A stretch of 64,000 nucleotides of DNA from an uncultured Gemmatimonadaceae bacterium (GCA_963843845.1 CAWJMB010000002.1:448001-512000); one strand, 5' to 3'; positions 19,022-31,826 are shown, counted from the stretch's first letter. Numbers and translations are program-made. The notes: generated by a model from the letters alone, not told the origin.

Positions 19022-20899
19022 TCACTTCGTCACGCGCATCCCCGCCGACGCCGCCGCGAGGTCGCGGATCGCGGACGCCATCATCCGCACCTTCGCGCCG
19101 TCCTTCGCGCCGGCGACGTCGCGGTCGACCTGCGTCGCGAGGGTGCGGAGCGACGCGGCGCGCGCCGCGCCATTCTTCGCTTCCGCGTCGGTCAGCGCCG
19201 CGTCGATCGCCGACGTGCGCGCCGAGCTCAGGCCGTTGTCGCGCACGAGCTGGTCGAGGTACGAGCGCACGACCGGGAACGCCGCCGGCCACACGATCTT
19301 CGGCTGGCTCTGCGGGTTGTACTCCGGCATCTGGACGAGCTTCGCCGCCGCGATCTCGTTCGCCGACAGGTGCTCGCTCGGCGTGAGCTCGAGGACGTCG
19401 AGGCCGCGCGCCATCTCCGACGAGTAGAGGTAGCCGTTCCAGTAGTAGGCGCCCCACGAGCCGCCGATCGTGCCGCGCTGGCGGCTGATTCCCTGCGCCG
19501 CGGCGTTCGGGCCGTCGATGAGCGGCGCGTCGGCCGGGCCGCGGTCGAAGTAGCCGATCTCGAACGGCTTGTCGGGGTCGGTGAAGTCGATGATGTTCAC
19601 GCCGCCCTGATACCACCCCTGCACCATGACGTCGCGTCCCGGCACCGGAATGAGGCCGCCGTTGTGCGACACGCAGTTCTCCTGCGCCGTCTGTGCCGCC
19701 GGGAGCTTGAAGTACGCGTGCTGCTTGTACGCGCGGTTCTTGCCGGTGCCCTCGATCGTGAGCGTCGTGTTGCCGCCCATCTCCATCATCGACGACGCCT
19801 GACACATCGGCTGCGTGCCGCCCCCCCACTCGTCGGTGAAGACGACCTTCTTGCCGGCGTTGTCGAACACCGCCGTGTGCCAGAGCGAGAAGTTCGTGTC
19901 CGCCGCCTGGCTCAGGCGGACCGGCTTCTCCGGGTTGGAGACGTCGACGAGCAGGCCGTAGCTGCCGCAGGCGCCGGCGAGCAGCCCCATCGCGGGGTAC
20001 GCCGTCACGTCGTGGCAGTTGCGCGGGCCGTTCGCCGCCGCCGCGGCCATCGCCGCCGCCTCCGGCGAGCCGGCCGCCGGCGCGTCCCCCGGGCGTCCGG
20101 CGCGCGCCGCGCCGCCGCCGCGGCGGGCCGCCGGGCCGAGTCCCGTGAAGACGCGCGCGCCCGTCACGACCTCGGCCTTCTCGGGGGCGTTGAGCGGGAC
20201 CTTGATGACGTCGAGCCGGTAGAGCGAGTTGTTCGGGTCCGCCGGGTCGGTGCCGTTGACGCACCCGGCGAGCTCCTCGGCCGAGCGCGCGCCCTGGCTG
20301 CCGGAGACGTAGAGGTAGACGACGTTCTTGTCGGTCGGGTGCGGGATGACCGTGTGCGTGTGCGAGCCCTTGCACGTCTCGACGTTCTTGATGAGCCGCG
20401 GCATGCGCGGGTTCGAGACGTCGTAGATGCGGACGCCGGTCATGTGCTCCGACGGGCTCTGCACTCCCTGCTTGCCACAGTCCTTCCGGTTGCCGCCGCC
20501 CTCGGCCGAGATGAACAGCAGGTTGCCGACGATCGACGGGTCACCCTGCGACGTGATGCACGAGACGACGGCGACCTTCTGCGGCTTCGACGGGTCGGCG
20601 ACGTCCCAGATGGAGAAGCCGGCGAAGTTGCCCTGGTACAGGTAGTGGCCGTTGCCGAACGTGATGTCGCTGTTCACGAACGTCAGCCCGCGCGCCGTGT
20701 CGAACTCGGCCGGCTTGGGCGTGAACGAGACCTGGCGCACGCCCTTCGTGGCGATGCCGGCGTCGAGGAGACCGCCTTTGAGGCCGGTGCGCGGATCGTT
20801 CGTGCTCGGATAGGTCTGCGCCGAGAGCGCGCCGGCGAGCGCGCAGAGCGCCGTGGCGCCGACGAGCGCCGAGCGCGCAATGGTACGAGTGCGTGTCAT
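19022..20899 (-). CDS. LVIVD repeat-containing secreted protein
   Basis: NSDITF, QGDPS, GVRIYDVSNP, GSHTHT, CHDVT, WHTAVF, TDEWGGG, NCVSHNG. Confidence 0.85.
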   Translation of the reverse strand: MTRTRTIARSALVGATALCALAGALSAQTYPSTNDPRTGLKGGLLDAGIATKGVRQVSFTPKPAEFDTARGLTFVNSDITFGNGHYLYQGNFAGFSIWDVADPSKPQKVAVVSCITSQGDPSIVGNLLFISAEGGGNRKDCGKQGVQSPSEHMTGVRIYDVSNPRMPRLIKNVETCKGSHTHTVIPHPTDKNVVYLYVSGSQGARSAEELAGCVNGTDPADPNNSLYRLDVIKVPLNAPEKAEVVTGARVFTGLGPAARRGGGAARAGRPGDAPAAGSPEAAAMAAAAANGPRNCHDVTAYPAMGLLAGACGSYGLLVDVSNPEKPVRLSQAADTNFSLWHTAVFDNAGKKVVFTDEWGGGTQPMCQASSMMEMGGNTTLTIEGTGKNRAYKQHAYFKLPAAQTAQENCVSHNGGLIPVPGRDVMVQGWYQGGVNIIDFTDPDKPFEIGYFDRGPADAPLIDGPNAAAQGISRQRGTIGGSWGAYYWNGYLYSSEMARGLDVLELTPSEHLSANEIAAAKLVQMPEYNPQSQPKIVWPAAFPVVRSYLDQLVRDNGLSSARTSAIDAALTDAEAKNGAARAASLRTLATQVDRDVAGAKDGAKVRMMASAIRDLAAASAGMRVTK

Positions 20900-21666
20900 G
20901 GGCGGGGTGAGTTGGAAGGGCTGCGGAGCGTGCCGAGCATCTGGCGCATGGTGCCGATCTCCGCGGTCTGCGTGGTCTCGACGTCGTTCGCGAAGACGGA
21001 GACGTCGACGTCCTGGGCGGCGCGCGGGCTGGCGTACAGATCGGCGACCATCTTGAGCGCGCCTTCGTGGTGCTGGATCATGTAGCGCAGGTACAGCTCG
21101 TCGAAGTCGACGCGGCGCGCCTGCTCGAGCGAGTCGAGCTGCACGGGGGTGAGCATGCCGTTCATCACCATGCCGCGCCAGGAGCCGGTGTCGGGCGCGG
21201 CCTGCCGGTTCGCGACGAGCCACTCCTGCATGAGACGGATCTCCGCCTCCTGCGACTGGTCGATCTTCATCGCCAGCCGGAGGAGGCGCGGGCTCGCCTG
21301 CCGCCCGGCCGCGAGGCGCGACATGTAGATCGCCTGCGCATGGTGCGCGATCATCCCCTGCATGAACTCCACGTCGGCCTTCGTGTAGTTCGCGCCCGGC
21401 GGGATCGTGATCGCGATCCCCATGCTGTGGCCGGCCATGTCGTGGGCGGCCGGCGCGGCGCCGGCGGAGCGGTCCATCCCGGCCATGTCGTGACCGGCCA
21501 TGTCGTGACCGGCCGCGGCGGGCGACGATGCACTCGGCGCAGAGGCGGGTGCGCCGGTGGGCGCGGGAGTCGTCGCGGGTCGGGCCGGGGAGCAGGCCGC
21601 CGCGGCGAGGGCGAGCGCCGCCAGGGGGAGCGACGCCGCGACGCGGCGGCTGTACGGAATGGTCAC
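20896..21666 (-). CDS. DUF305 domain lipoprotein with His/Met-rich linker
   Basis: Lipobox AAAC; ADVEFMQGMIAHHAQA and MIQHHEGA; GHDMAGHDMAGM repeats. Confidence 0.9.
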   Translation of the reverse strand: MTIPYSRRVAASLPLAALALAAAACSPARPATTPAPTGAPASAPSASSPAAAGHDMAGHDMAGMDRSAGAAPAAHDMAGHSMGIAITIPPGANYTKADVEFMQGMIAHHAQAIYMSRLAAGRQASPRLLRLAMKIDQSQEAEIRLMQEWLVANRQAAPDTGSWRGMVMNGMLTPVQLDSLEQARRVDFDELYLRYMIQHHEGALKMVADLYASPRAAQDVDVSVFANDVETTQTAEIGTMRQMLGTLRSPSNSPRP

Positions 21667-21757
21667 GAAGTGTTGGCTGCGAAGAGGGACGTACAAGATA
21701 CGCGGCGAGGCAGGCGGTTCGTTGGACCGCGCGAGCGCACGGCGCGGTCGATCGCGC

Positions 21758-22171
21758 TCAGCCGCAGCGCTCGCTCGACCGCGCCCACGCGTCGGCCGCC
21801 ATCGCCTCGAGCACCGTCATGTCCACGTCGGCGAGCCTGTTGACGTACAGGCACGACACCGCGGTCTTGTGTTTCCCGAGCCGCGCCAGCTGCGCCGCGT
21901 GTTCGCCGGGGCTCAGCAGGTACAGCGCGAGATTGCCCGCGCGGGGACTGAAGCCGATCCGCGGCATGTCGCCCTCGCGCCCGCTCTCGTAGCGGTAGTG
22001 CCGTGTGCCGAAGCCGATGATGCTCGGGCCCCACATCTGCGGCTCGACGCCGGTGACTCGCGTCATCATCGCGACCAGCGCCTGCGCGTCCTGCCGGCGG
22101 ACGTCGTTCTCGACGCCGCGCAGAAACTCGCTCACGCTCGCGCCGGTCGGCTGGGTCTTGTTCTCGGTCAT
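21758..22171 (-). CDS. DUF1801 domain protein
   Basis: MWGPSIIGFG..HYRYESGREGD...GFSPR...LGKHK...CLYV. Confidence 0.9.
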   Translation of the reverse strand: MTENKTQPTGASVSEFLRGVENDVRRQDAQALVAMMTRVTGVEPQMWGPSIIGFGTRHYRYESGREGDMPRIGFSPRAGNLALYLLSPGEHAAQLARLGKHKTAVSCLYVNRLADVDMTVLEAMAADAWARSSERCG

Positions 22172-22629
22172 CGGGGTGCGCTCTCGGTCTCGGATCCGAG
22201 CTCCTCGGCGAGGCCGATGAGCAGTCCTTCGGGGCCGCGGATGTAGCAGAGCCGATAGGTCTCCTGATACTGAACGACCTCGCCGACGAGCTGCGCGCCG
22301 TGTCTGCGGAGTCTGGCGACCGTCTCGTCGACGTCCGTCACCGTGAACATGACGCGCAGGTAGCCGAGCGCGTTCACCGGAGCCGCGCGATGATCGGCGA
22401 CGACCGGCGGAGCGAGGAATCGTGACAGCTCGAGCCGACTGTGGCCGTCCGGGGTGACCAGCATGGCGATCTCCACGCGCTGGTGGCCCAGCCCGGTGAC
22501 GCGCCCGGCCCACTCCCCTTCGATGGTGGCTCGCCCTTCGAGCCGCAAGCCGAGCTCCACGAAGAAGGGGATGACGGCATCGAGCGAGTCCACGACGATG
22601 CCGACGTTGTCCATCCGCCTGATGGTCAT
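22168..22629 (-). CDS. VOC/glyoxalase family protein
   Basis: RMDNVGIVVDSL...RLELSRF...CYIRGPEGLLIGLAE. Confidence 0.9.
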   Translation of the reverse strand: MTIRRMDNVGIVVDSLDAVIPFFVELGLRLEGRATIEGEWAGRVTGLGHQRVEIAMLVTPDGHSRLELSRFLAPPVVADHRAAPVNALGYLRVMFTVTDVDETVARLRRHGAQLVGEVVQYQETYRLCYIRGPEGLLIGLAEELGSETESAPR

Positions 22630-22692
22630 GTCCTTCGCGCTCCTCCGTGATCGCACCGCTCGGAACACGGTGCTCGGTGACGTCTCACGAGA

Positions 22693-23676
22693 TCAGAAGA
22701 CGGCGTGTTCGCCGCGATCCGCCGAGCCCTCGCCGGCGATCAGCGATCGATAGTGTTCGGTCAGGGTCTCGACGCCGACCGACGGTGTCGCGTCGGCATC
22801 GTAGCGCCGTGCCTGCTCGTTCCACACGAGCATCGACTCGGTCGCATAGTAGCGTCCGATGCGCGCCAGCTCGGCCTTCACCGCGAGCGACGGGAGCACG
22901 CGACCGATGGTGCCCAACGTCGCGGCGACGGTATCGAGCAGCCGCACCGGCACGTGCGTGAAGCGCGGCGCCCTGCCGAGCAGCGCGAACAGCAGCTCGC
23001 CCTGCGCGCGCGGCGTGATCGCGTCGCCCGGACCGCCGATCGGCAGCACGCGATCCCACCGAGACGGCTCGTCGAGACAGTCCGCGAGGTAGTCGGCCAC
23101 GTCGTCGTCGGCGATCGGCTTGCACGCCGTGAGCGTGCCGTCGCCGAAGACGAGGAACGGCCGGCCGCGCCGCACGCGTTCGACCTGCCCGGAGAGCGAC
23201 TTGAAGAACGCCGTGGGACGGACGATCGAGTAGCGCAGCCCCGACGCGATCAGGCGCGCCTCGAACGCGAGCTTCGCGTGCTGAAAGGCGAGCCGCGGCC
23301 GCTGCACGCAGATCGCCGAGAGCAGCACGACGTGAGACACGCCCGCCTGTCGCGCTGCGTCGAGCAGGTGCACGTGCGCCTGGTAGTCGACCGCCCACGC
23401 GTCGCTCGGTGCTCCGGTGCGCGACGCCATGCACGACACGACGGCGTCGAAGCGTTCGCCGGCGAAGCCATCGCGAGCGATCGACGCCGGGTCGCCGACG
23501 TCCCCGGTGCGCACGACGACCGACTCGGCGGGCGCGGCGGCGGGCGCGGCGGCGGGCGCGGGGCGCGGACGCACGAAGCACACGACGTCGTGCCCGCGTC
23601 GCACGAGGGCGCGGACCGTCGCGCGGCCGATCGTGCCGGTCGCGCCGGTGACGAGCACGCGCATCCGCGTGGTCAC
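22693..23676 (-). CDS. bciA: Divinyl (proto)chlorophyllide 8-vinyl reductase BciA-like (NADPH-dependent atypical SDR)
   Basis: GATGTIG; VVSCMASRTG, AIDY-like AVDY, LLSAICVQRP.LAFQHAKL.FE, YSIVRPTAFFKSLSGQ, ACKPI, IGRYYATESML; these are motifs I recognise from the BciA/DVR family. Confidence 0.8.
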   Translation of the reverse strand: MTTRMRVLVTGATGTIGRATVRALVRRGHDVVCFVRPRPAPAAAPAAAPAESVVVRTGDVGDPASIARDGFAGERFDAVVSCMASRTGAPSDAWAVDYQAHVHLLDAARQAGVSHVVLLSAICVQRPRLAFQHAKLAFEARLIASGLRYSIVRPTAFFKSLSGQVERVRRGRPFLVFGDGTLTACKPIADDDVADYLADCLDEPSRWDRVLPIGGPGDAITPRAQGELLFALLGRAPRFTHVPVRLLDTVAATLGTIGRVLPSLAVKAELARIGRYYATESMLVWNEQARRYDADATPSVGVETLTEHYRSLIAGEGSADRGEHAVF

Positions 23677-23737
23677 GCCCCGGTTCGCCGCCCGGCCGCG
23701 GCTGCCGACGAGCGGTCGCTCGCGGATCGCGCCGCGC

Positions 23738-26700
23738 TCACCGAGCGACCTCGGCGATCCCGCGCGCCCGGAGCGCCGCGTTCAACGCGGAGAGCCGTGC
23801 GGTGTGCAGCGCCTCCCACCGCGCGACGAGCGCCGCGAAGTCCGCGCGCGCCGTGCGCACGGCGGCCGTCGCCTGCGTCGTCGGCGGGTCGTCGGTGTCC
23901 TCGACGAGCGTGAGCAGCGACCCCAGGTCGCCACGGATCGACGCGAGCGTCGGCGCGGCCGGTGCACCGCCGCCGCGCCGCGCGCCGCCCGCCTGCCCGA
24001 CGATCTCGACGAGCGCGCGCTCGAAGGCGCCGATCCGCGCGAGGAGTGCCGAGTCGCGCGTCGCCTCGCGCGCGGTGGCGAGCCCCGCGCGCAGCCGAGC
24101 CGCCCGCGCCGTGATCGCCGAGTCGCGGGCGAGCGCGTCGTAGAGCGCGAGCGACGTCGCGTGCATGGAGGCGAGCGTTGCAGCCGACGTGCGCACGCGC
24201 GGGTCCATGCGCACGACGAGCGGCTGCGTGTACGTGCGACCACCGACCCTCAGGCGCACCGTGTAGCGCCCCGGCGCGACGACCGGACCCCGCGGCTCCC
24301 TCGGCGTGTCGCCGGGGGTCGCGGAGATCGGGTACTGGCCGGACTGCGCGCTCGTGCCGGCCGGCGGCGGGTAGTGCAGGTCCCAGACGAAGCGGTGAAA
24401 GCCGGGCGCGGCGGAGAGCACCTGCGTCGGCCGGATCCAGTAGCGCGGCGTGTTCCCGATGTCGGCGGGCGCCATCGCCGTGTCGCGGCTCGTGAACGTG
24501 CGCACGACGCGTCCGTTCGGCGCGAGCATCTCGAGTGTCGCGTCGCCGGAGACGCCATCGCCGAGGAAGTAGTCGATGAGCGCGCCGTCGGGCGGGTTCG
24601 GCGCCCACGGCTCGTCAGGCGGGATCGGCGTGTCCGGGTACTTGCTGAAGCGGAAGCGCCACGTGAGCCCCGGCGCGAACAGCGTCGCCGCGGACGAGGC
24701 GGTCAGGGGCCCGATCTGTCGCAGCGCGGCGATGCCGTCGAGCACGTAGAACGAGCGGCCGTGGGTGCCGACGACGAGGTCGTCGTCCTTGATGACGAGG
24801 TCGCGGATCGACGTCGCCGGCATGTTCAGCCGCAGCGACGACCAGTGGTCGCCGTCGTCGAACGAGACCCACACCTGGTCTTCGGTGCCGGCGTAGAGCA
24901 GCCCGCGCCGCTTCGGGTCCTCGCGCACGACGTTCACGACCTCGCCGTCCGGGATGCCGTTCGTGATGTGCGTCCACGTGCGCCCGCCGTCGTGCGTGCG
25001 GTAGATGTGAGGCCGCAGCTCGTCGAGGCGGAGCGTGTTGATCGCGGCGTACGCCGTGCCCGCGTCGAAGTGGCCGGCGTCCATGATCGACACCTTGCTC
25101 CACGGCCTGGCCCGCAGCTCGGCCGGCGTGACGTCGGTCCAGTGCGTGCCGCCGTCGACCGTCGTCTGGATCAGCCCGTCGTCCGTCCCGGCCCAGATGC
25201 GGTTCGCCGTGACGTGCGACGGGGCGATCGTGTAGACGACGCCCGGATGGCGGGCGCGCGCGCTCGCCGTGCTGGCATAGATGCCGACGTTGGGCGGAAC
25301 GATCGGAATCGGTCCGCGTCAGATCGGGGCTGATCCGCGTCCACGTGTCGCCGCCGGTCGTCGTCTTCCACACGACGTTCTCGCCGAAGTAGAGCGCCTT
25401 CGGATCGACCGTCGAGAAGACGAGCGGCGCCGTGCGCAGCGCGCGGTAGCGCGGGTCACGCAGGGCGTGGGGACCGACCTGCTGCACGAGCCCCGTGCGC
25501 CGGTCGTAGCGCGTGACCTTGCCGCCGTAGACCAGGTTCGGGTTCAGCGGGTCGGGCGCGACGTAGCCATACTCCTCGACGCCGACCGGGTGCCAGTCCC
25601 AGTCCATGATGCGCCCGTCGTCGCCGCGACTCCGCACACAGGCGGAGCCGGACTCCTGCTGGCCGCTGCAGACGCGGTAGGGGAAGTCGAAGTCGGTCGC
25701 GACGTGGTAGAACGCTGCCGTCGGCTGGTTGAGCCACGAGCTCCACGTCTCGCCGCCGTTGACGGTGATCACCGCCCCCTGGTCGCTCGCGAGCAGCATC
25801 GTCCGCGGGTTGGTCGGGTTGATCCAGAAGCGGTGGTAGTCGTCGCCGCCGGGCGCGCCGCGGAACGCGCTGAACGTCTTTCCCCCGTCGACCGACTTCC
25901 ACGCGACGACGCTCGCCGTGTAGACGATGTCCGGGTCGTCGGGTCGACCTTCACCTCGGCGAAGTCGGACTCGCGGGTCGACACGCGGGTGTCGGTCGTC
26001 GCGCGGTACCAGTGCGCGCCGCCGTCGTCCGAGCGGAACAGCCCGTCGCCGCGCGTCGAGTTCACGGTCGCGAACATGCGGCTCGGGAGCGACGGCGCGA
26101 AGGTGAGACCGATGCGCCCGAGGCCGTCCTGCTCGAACGTCGGCAGCCCGTCGCCGTACGGCCGCCACGTCGTGCCGCCGTCGGTCGAGCGATAGAGCCC
26201 GCTGCCGGGGCCGTTGAACACGCCGTTCTCCCACGGTCCCTGCCGCGACTCCCACAGCGCGCAGAACAGGATGTCGGGATTCGTCGGGTGCATCACGACG
26301 TCGATCGCGCCGGTGTTCTCGTCGCGATACAGCACCTTCTGGAACGAGCGCCCGCCGTCGGTCGATCGGAACAGCCCGCGCTCGGCGTTCGGTCCGTACG
26401 GGTGGCCCATGACGGCGACGAACAGGCGGTTCGGGTCGCGCGGGTCGACGACCATCTGCGGGATCTGCTGCCCGTCGCGAAGGCCGAGGTGCGTCCACGT
26501 CGCGCCGGCGTCGGTCGACTTGTAGATCCCGTCGCCGGTCGAGAGGTCGGGGCGCTGCAGCCCCTCGCCGCTGCCGACGTAGATGACGTTCGGGTCGGAC
26601 GGCGCGATCGCGATGGCGCCGATCGAGCCGGTCGGCTGGTCGTCGAAGATCGGCTTCCACGTGCGTCCGTAATCGGTCGTCTTCCACACCCCGCCGTCGA

Positions 26701-26890
26701 CGGCGCCGATGTAGAACACGTTCGGCTGGTCGGGGATGCCGACGGCGGCTTTCGTGCGGCTGGCGCGGAACGGGCCGATCATGCGCCAGCGCAGCTCCGA
26801 GTACATGCGCGGCGCGATCGCCTGGGCGTGGAGGGCCGGCGTGACCGTTAGGCAGCCGAGCAGGACGTACGCGAGGCGGCGGAGCGACAT
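23738..26890 (-). CDS. BNR/VPS10 repeat putative glycosyl hydrolase (frameshifts near ~25945 and ~25310)
   Basis: LRWRMIGPFRASR, Asp boxes, GAPGGDDYH, GTHGRSFY. Confidence 0.85.
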
Positions 26891-27002
26891 GGGCGTTTCA
26901 CGAGGAGAGGGGCGCATGCAGCTAAAATGGCACGATGCTCGGAATCAACCGACGACTCCCGACGTTCGCTCGCGTTACACTTCTCGCTCCCTCCTCCGGA
27001 GA

Positions 27003-30000
27003 ATGCCTGCCGTGCGCATGACGCTCGTGTGCTCCCTCCTCGCGCTCACCGCGATGCGCGCCGTCGCGCAGGCGCCCGTCGACCCCGCGTCGGGGATGCG
27101 CTGGCGCGAGATCGGTCCCACGCGCGCCGGCCGCGCCCGCGCCATCGCCGGTGTGCCGACGCAGCCGAACACGTTCTACGCCGGCTTCGACAACGGCGGC
27201 GTGTGGCGGTCGACCGACTTCGGCTCGAACTGGGTGCCGCTGTTCGACGACCAGTCGACCGGGTCGATCGGCGCCATCGCCGTGGCGCCGTCCGACCCGA
27301 ACGTCATCTACGTCGGCACCGGAGCGGGGATCATCCGCCCCGACCTCGCGACGGGCGACGGCGTCTACAAGTCGACCGACGCCGGCCGCACCTGGACGAA
27401 GCTCGGACTCGGCGACACGCAGATGATCGCGATGATCGACGTCGACCCGCGCGACCCGAACCGGCTGTTCGTCGCGGCGTTGGGCCACCCGTACGGGCCG
27501 AACGCGGAGCGCGGCATCTTCCGGTCGACCGACGGCGGGCGCTCGTTCCAGAAGGTGCTGTACAAGGACGAGTACACGAGCGGCAACGACGTCCGCATCG
27601 ACCCGCGCGACCCGAACACGATCTACGCCACGCTCTGGCAGCAGCAGCAGAGCTTCATCGAGGGGCAGGGATTCGGCGGCGCCGGCAACGGCATCTTCAA
27701 GTCGACCGACGGCGGCACCACGTGGAAGCAGTTGACCGAGGGGCTGCCGGCGGTCATCCAGGCGAACATCGCGCTCGCCACGAACCGGCCGGGAGTGCTC
27801 TACGCGACCGTCGCCGGCGCGACGACGACGAACGCGGTGACCGGCCAGGTCGGCTTCTACACGACGCGCGATGGCGGCGAGCACTGGACGAAGGTCGGCG
27901 ACGACCCGCGTCCGGTCGCGCGCATCGGCGGTGGCGACCTCCCGACGCTCGCCGTCGACCCGACCGACGCGCGCGTCGTCTACAGTGCGTCGGTCGTCAT
28001 GTGGCGCACCGAGAACGGCGGCGAGACGTGGAGCGCGGTGCGCGGCGCTCCCGGCGGCGACGACTATCAGAAGATCTGGATCAACCCGACCGATCCGAAG
28101 ATCCTCTTCTCCGTCACCGATCAGGGCGCGGTCGTCTCGGCCAATCGCGGCGAGTCGTGGAGCGACTGGTACAACCAGTTGACGGCGGCGATGTACCACG
28201 TGTCGACCGACGATGCGTTCCCCTATCGCGTCTGTAGCGGCCAGCAGGACTCGGGATCGGCGTGCGTCGACAGTCGCTCGTTCGACGGGCAGCTCACGTT
28301 CCGCGACTGGCGCCCGGTGAACATCCAGGAGTACGGCATCGCCGCCTCCGACCCGTTCGACCCGGACGTCGTGTTCGGCAGTCAGCGCTCGAACGTCACG
28401 CGCTACGACCGCCGCACCGGCCAGAGCAGCCTCGTGGGGCCGGGCGCGCACCAGCGCGGGACGCAGTACGGTCGGAACGTGCGGACGATGCCGCTCGCGT
28501 TCTCGCCGGTCGACCACAGAACGCTCTACTACACGTCGAACGTCGTGTGGAAGAGTGTCGACAAGGGAACGAGCTGGACGCGCATCAGCCCCGACCTCGC
28601 GCGGGCGACGTGGGCGGTGCCCGCCAACGCCGGGAAGTACGCGAGCACCGTGACGCCGGCGCCGGCCGGCAGCATCACCGCGCTGTCGCCGTCGCCGAGG
28701 CGGCTGCAGGTGCTGTGGGCCGGGACGGACGACGGCAACGTGCAGGTGACGACGAACGGCGGCGCGAGCTGGCGGAACGTGACGCCGACGGGCGTCCGGC
28801 CGTGGACGCGCATCTTCAACATCGACGCCGGGCACTTCGACACACGCACGGCCTACGTCGCGGCGAACACGATGCGCCTCGACGACATGAATCCGCACTT
28901 CTACCGCACGCATGACGGCGGCGCGACGTGGACGGAGATCAACACGGGGATCGCGCCGGGCGCGGTCGCGAACGCCATCCGCGAAGACCCGCGCGTGCCG
29001 GGGCTGCTCTACGCGTCGACCGACACGCAGGTGTGGGTGTCGTACGACGACGGCGCGCACTGGGAGTCGCTGCGCCGCAACATGCCGGCGATCTCGGTGC
29101 GCGACCTGCAGGTCAAGGACGACAGCACGTGTCTGTGCGCCGACCTCGTCGCCGCGACGCACGGCCGCGGGTTCTGGATCCTCGACGACGTGACGCCGCT
29201 GCGCGAGGCGGCTGCGACTGCGGGCGGCGCGCGGGCCGGTGCTCGTGAAGCCGATGACGGCGGTGCGCGTGCGCTTCGCGACGAACGACCCGACGCCGCT
29301 GGCCCGCGAGGTGCCGGCCGGGGAGAACCCGCCGCCGGGCGGCATCATCGACTTCTATCTGCCGACGGCGGCGTCGAGCCCGGTCACGCTGGAGATTCTC
29401 GATGCGCGCGGCACGGTCGTGCGCACGTACTCGAGCGCGGACATCCTCCCCGACCCCGACCCGGCGCGCGACCCGGTCGCCTACGACCGCATCTGTCAGC
29501 GCACCCCGACGGCCCCCGACTGTGGCCTGCCACTGTACTGGCCGGCGCCGCGCATGGCGCTCACGGTGCAGGCGGGGATGCACCGCGTCTTCTGGGACCT
29601 GCGCCTCGACCCGGTCTCGGCGGCCGACGTGCCGCAGGGCAGCGACGACGACGCGACGGGCGCGGTCCCGCACCGCACGTACGCGACGGTCTACGCGCCG
29701 TGGGCGCCGCCGGGACGGTACACCGTGCGCCTCACGGTGGACGGGGAGCGTGTGACGCAGCCGCTCACGCTCAGGCTCGACCCGCGCGTGAAGACGTCGC
29801 CGGCCGCGCTCGCGCGGCTCGCCACACTCACCCGCTCGCTCTACGACGACGCGGTGGCGGCCCATCGAGCGGCGGCGCAGGCGCGCAGCCTCGTGGCCCA
29901 GCTCGACTCGTTGGGCGGCACCACGCTGGCAGTCGTCGGGCTCCGCGCGCAGATCGACTCGCTCGCGTCGACCGCGCCGGTGGCGGGCGGGCGCCGCCGT

Positions 30001-30252
30001 CGGTCCGGGCCGGGCGGTGCCGCCCCGGCGCCGACGCTCGAGAGCGCGAGCGGCGCGCTCGTCGCGGCCGCGATGGCCATGCAGAACGCGGACGTCGCGC
30101 CGACCGCCGACCAGGTGGCCGCGGCCGAGGCGGCGCGGGCGCAGTACCGCGCGGTGTGGGCGCGGTGGAGCACGCTCCGGACGACGGGGCTCGCGGCGCT
30201 GAACGGGCGGCGCAGGGCGGCCGGGCTCCCGCCGGTCGTGGTGCCGGAGTAA
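27003..30252 (+). CDS. BNR/VPS10 repeat putative glycosyl hydrolase (frameshift near ~29230)
   Basis: MRWREIGPTRAGR, Asp boxes, GAPGGDDYQ, ATHGRGFW. Confidence 0.85.
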
Positions 30253-30306
30253 GGGGCGACGCGCGGACGGGCGCGCGTCGCCACGTGATGCTGATCGCGC
30301 GACCCG

Positions 30307-31392
<1,086 letters not shown>

Positions 31393-31398
31393 CTCAGC

Positions 31399-31740
31399 TC
31401 ACATCCCGAGCGCGTCGACGCGGTTGCGCATCTGCAGCCCGTGCACGAGCGACGCGCCGCCGCGGATCGCGCAGGCGACGTGCACCGCCTCGGTCATCTG
31501 CTCGGAGTCGCACCCCTTCGCGAGCGCGTCCTGCGAGTAGGCGTCGATGCAGTACGGACACTGAATGGCGTGCGCGACGCCGAGGGCGATGAGCGACTTC
31601 TCGCGCTCCGACAGCGCGCCCTCGGCGAACACGGCGGCGTAATACGCGAAGAACTTCTTCGCGAGCTCGGGCGCCTCGGTGCCGATCTCCGGGAAGCGCG
31701 CGAGATCGGCGGCGTTGTAGTAGTGCTGATGGGTGGACAC
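31399..31740 (-). CDS. Arsenosugar-cluster peroxidase-like CMD/AhpD family protein
   Basis: KFFAYY..VFAEGALSEREKSLIAL.VAHAIQCPYCIDAY...AIRGGASLVHG. Confidence 0.9.
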   Translation of the reverse strand: MSTHQHYYNAADLARFPEIGTEAPELAKKFFAYYAAVFAEGALSEREKSLIALGVAHAIQCPYCIDAYSQDALAKGCDSEQMTEAVHVACAIRGGASLVHGLQMRNRVDALGM

Positions 31741-31805
31741 GAGCTAACGTGTTCGGGTGGACTGGTGCTCGACGCGGCGCATCCGATGCGCGAGTGCGCG
31801 CGTAC

Positions 31806-31826
31806 CTCGTGAGCGTACGTCACGAG
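31806..31826. promoter_or_regulatory. Palindrome in divergent promoter, candidate operator
   Basis: CTCGTGA-gcgtacg-TCACGAG (7-7-7 inverted repeat). Confidence 0.4.
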
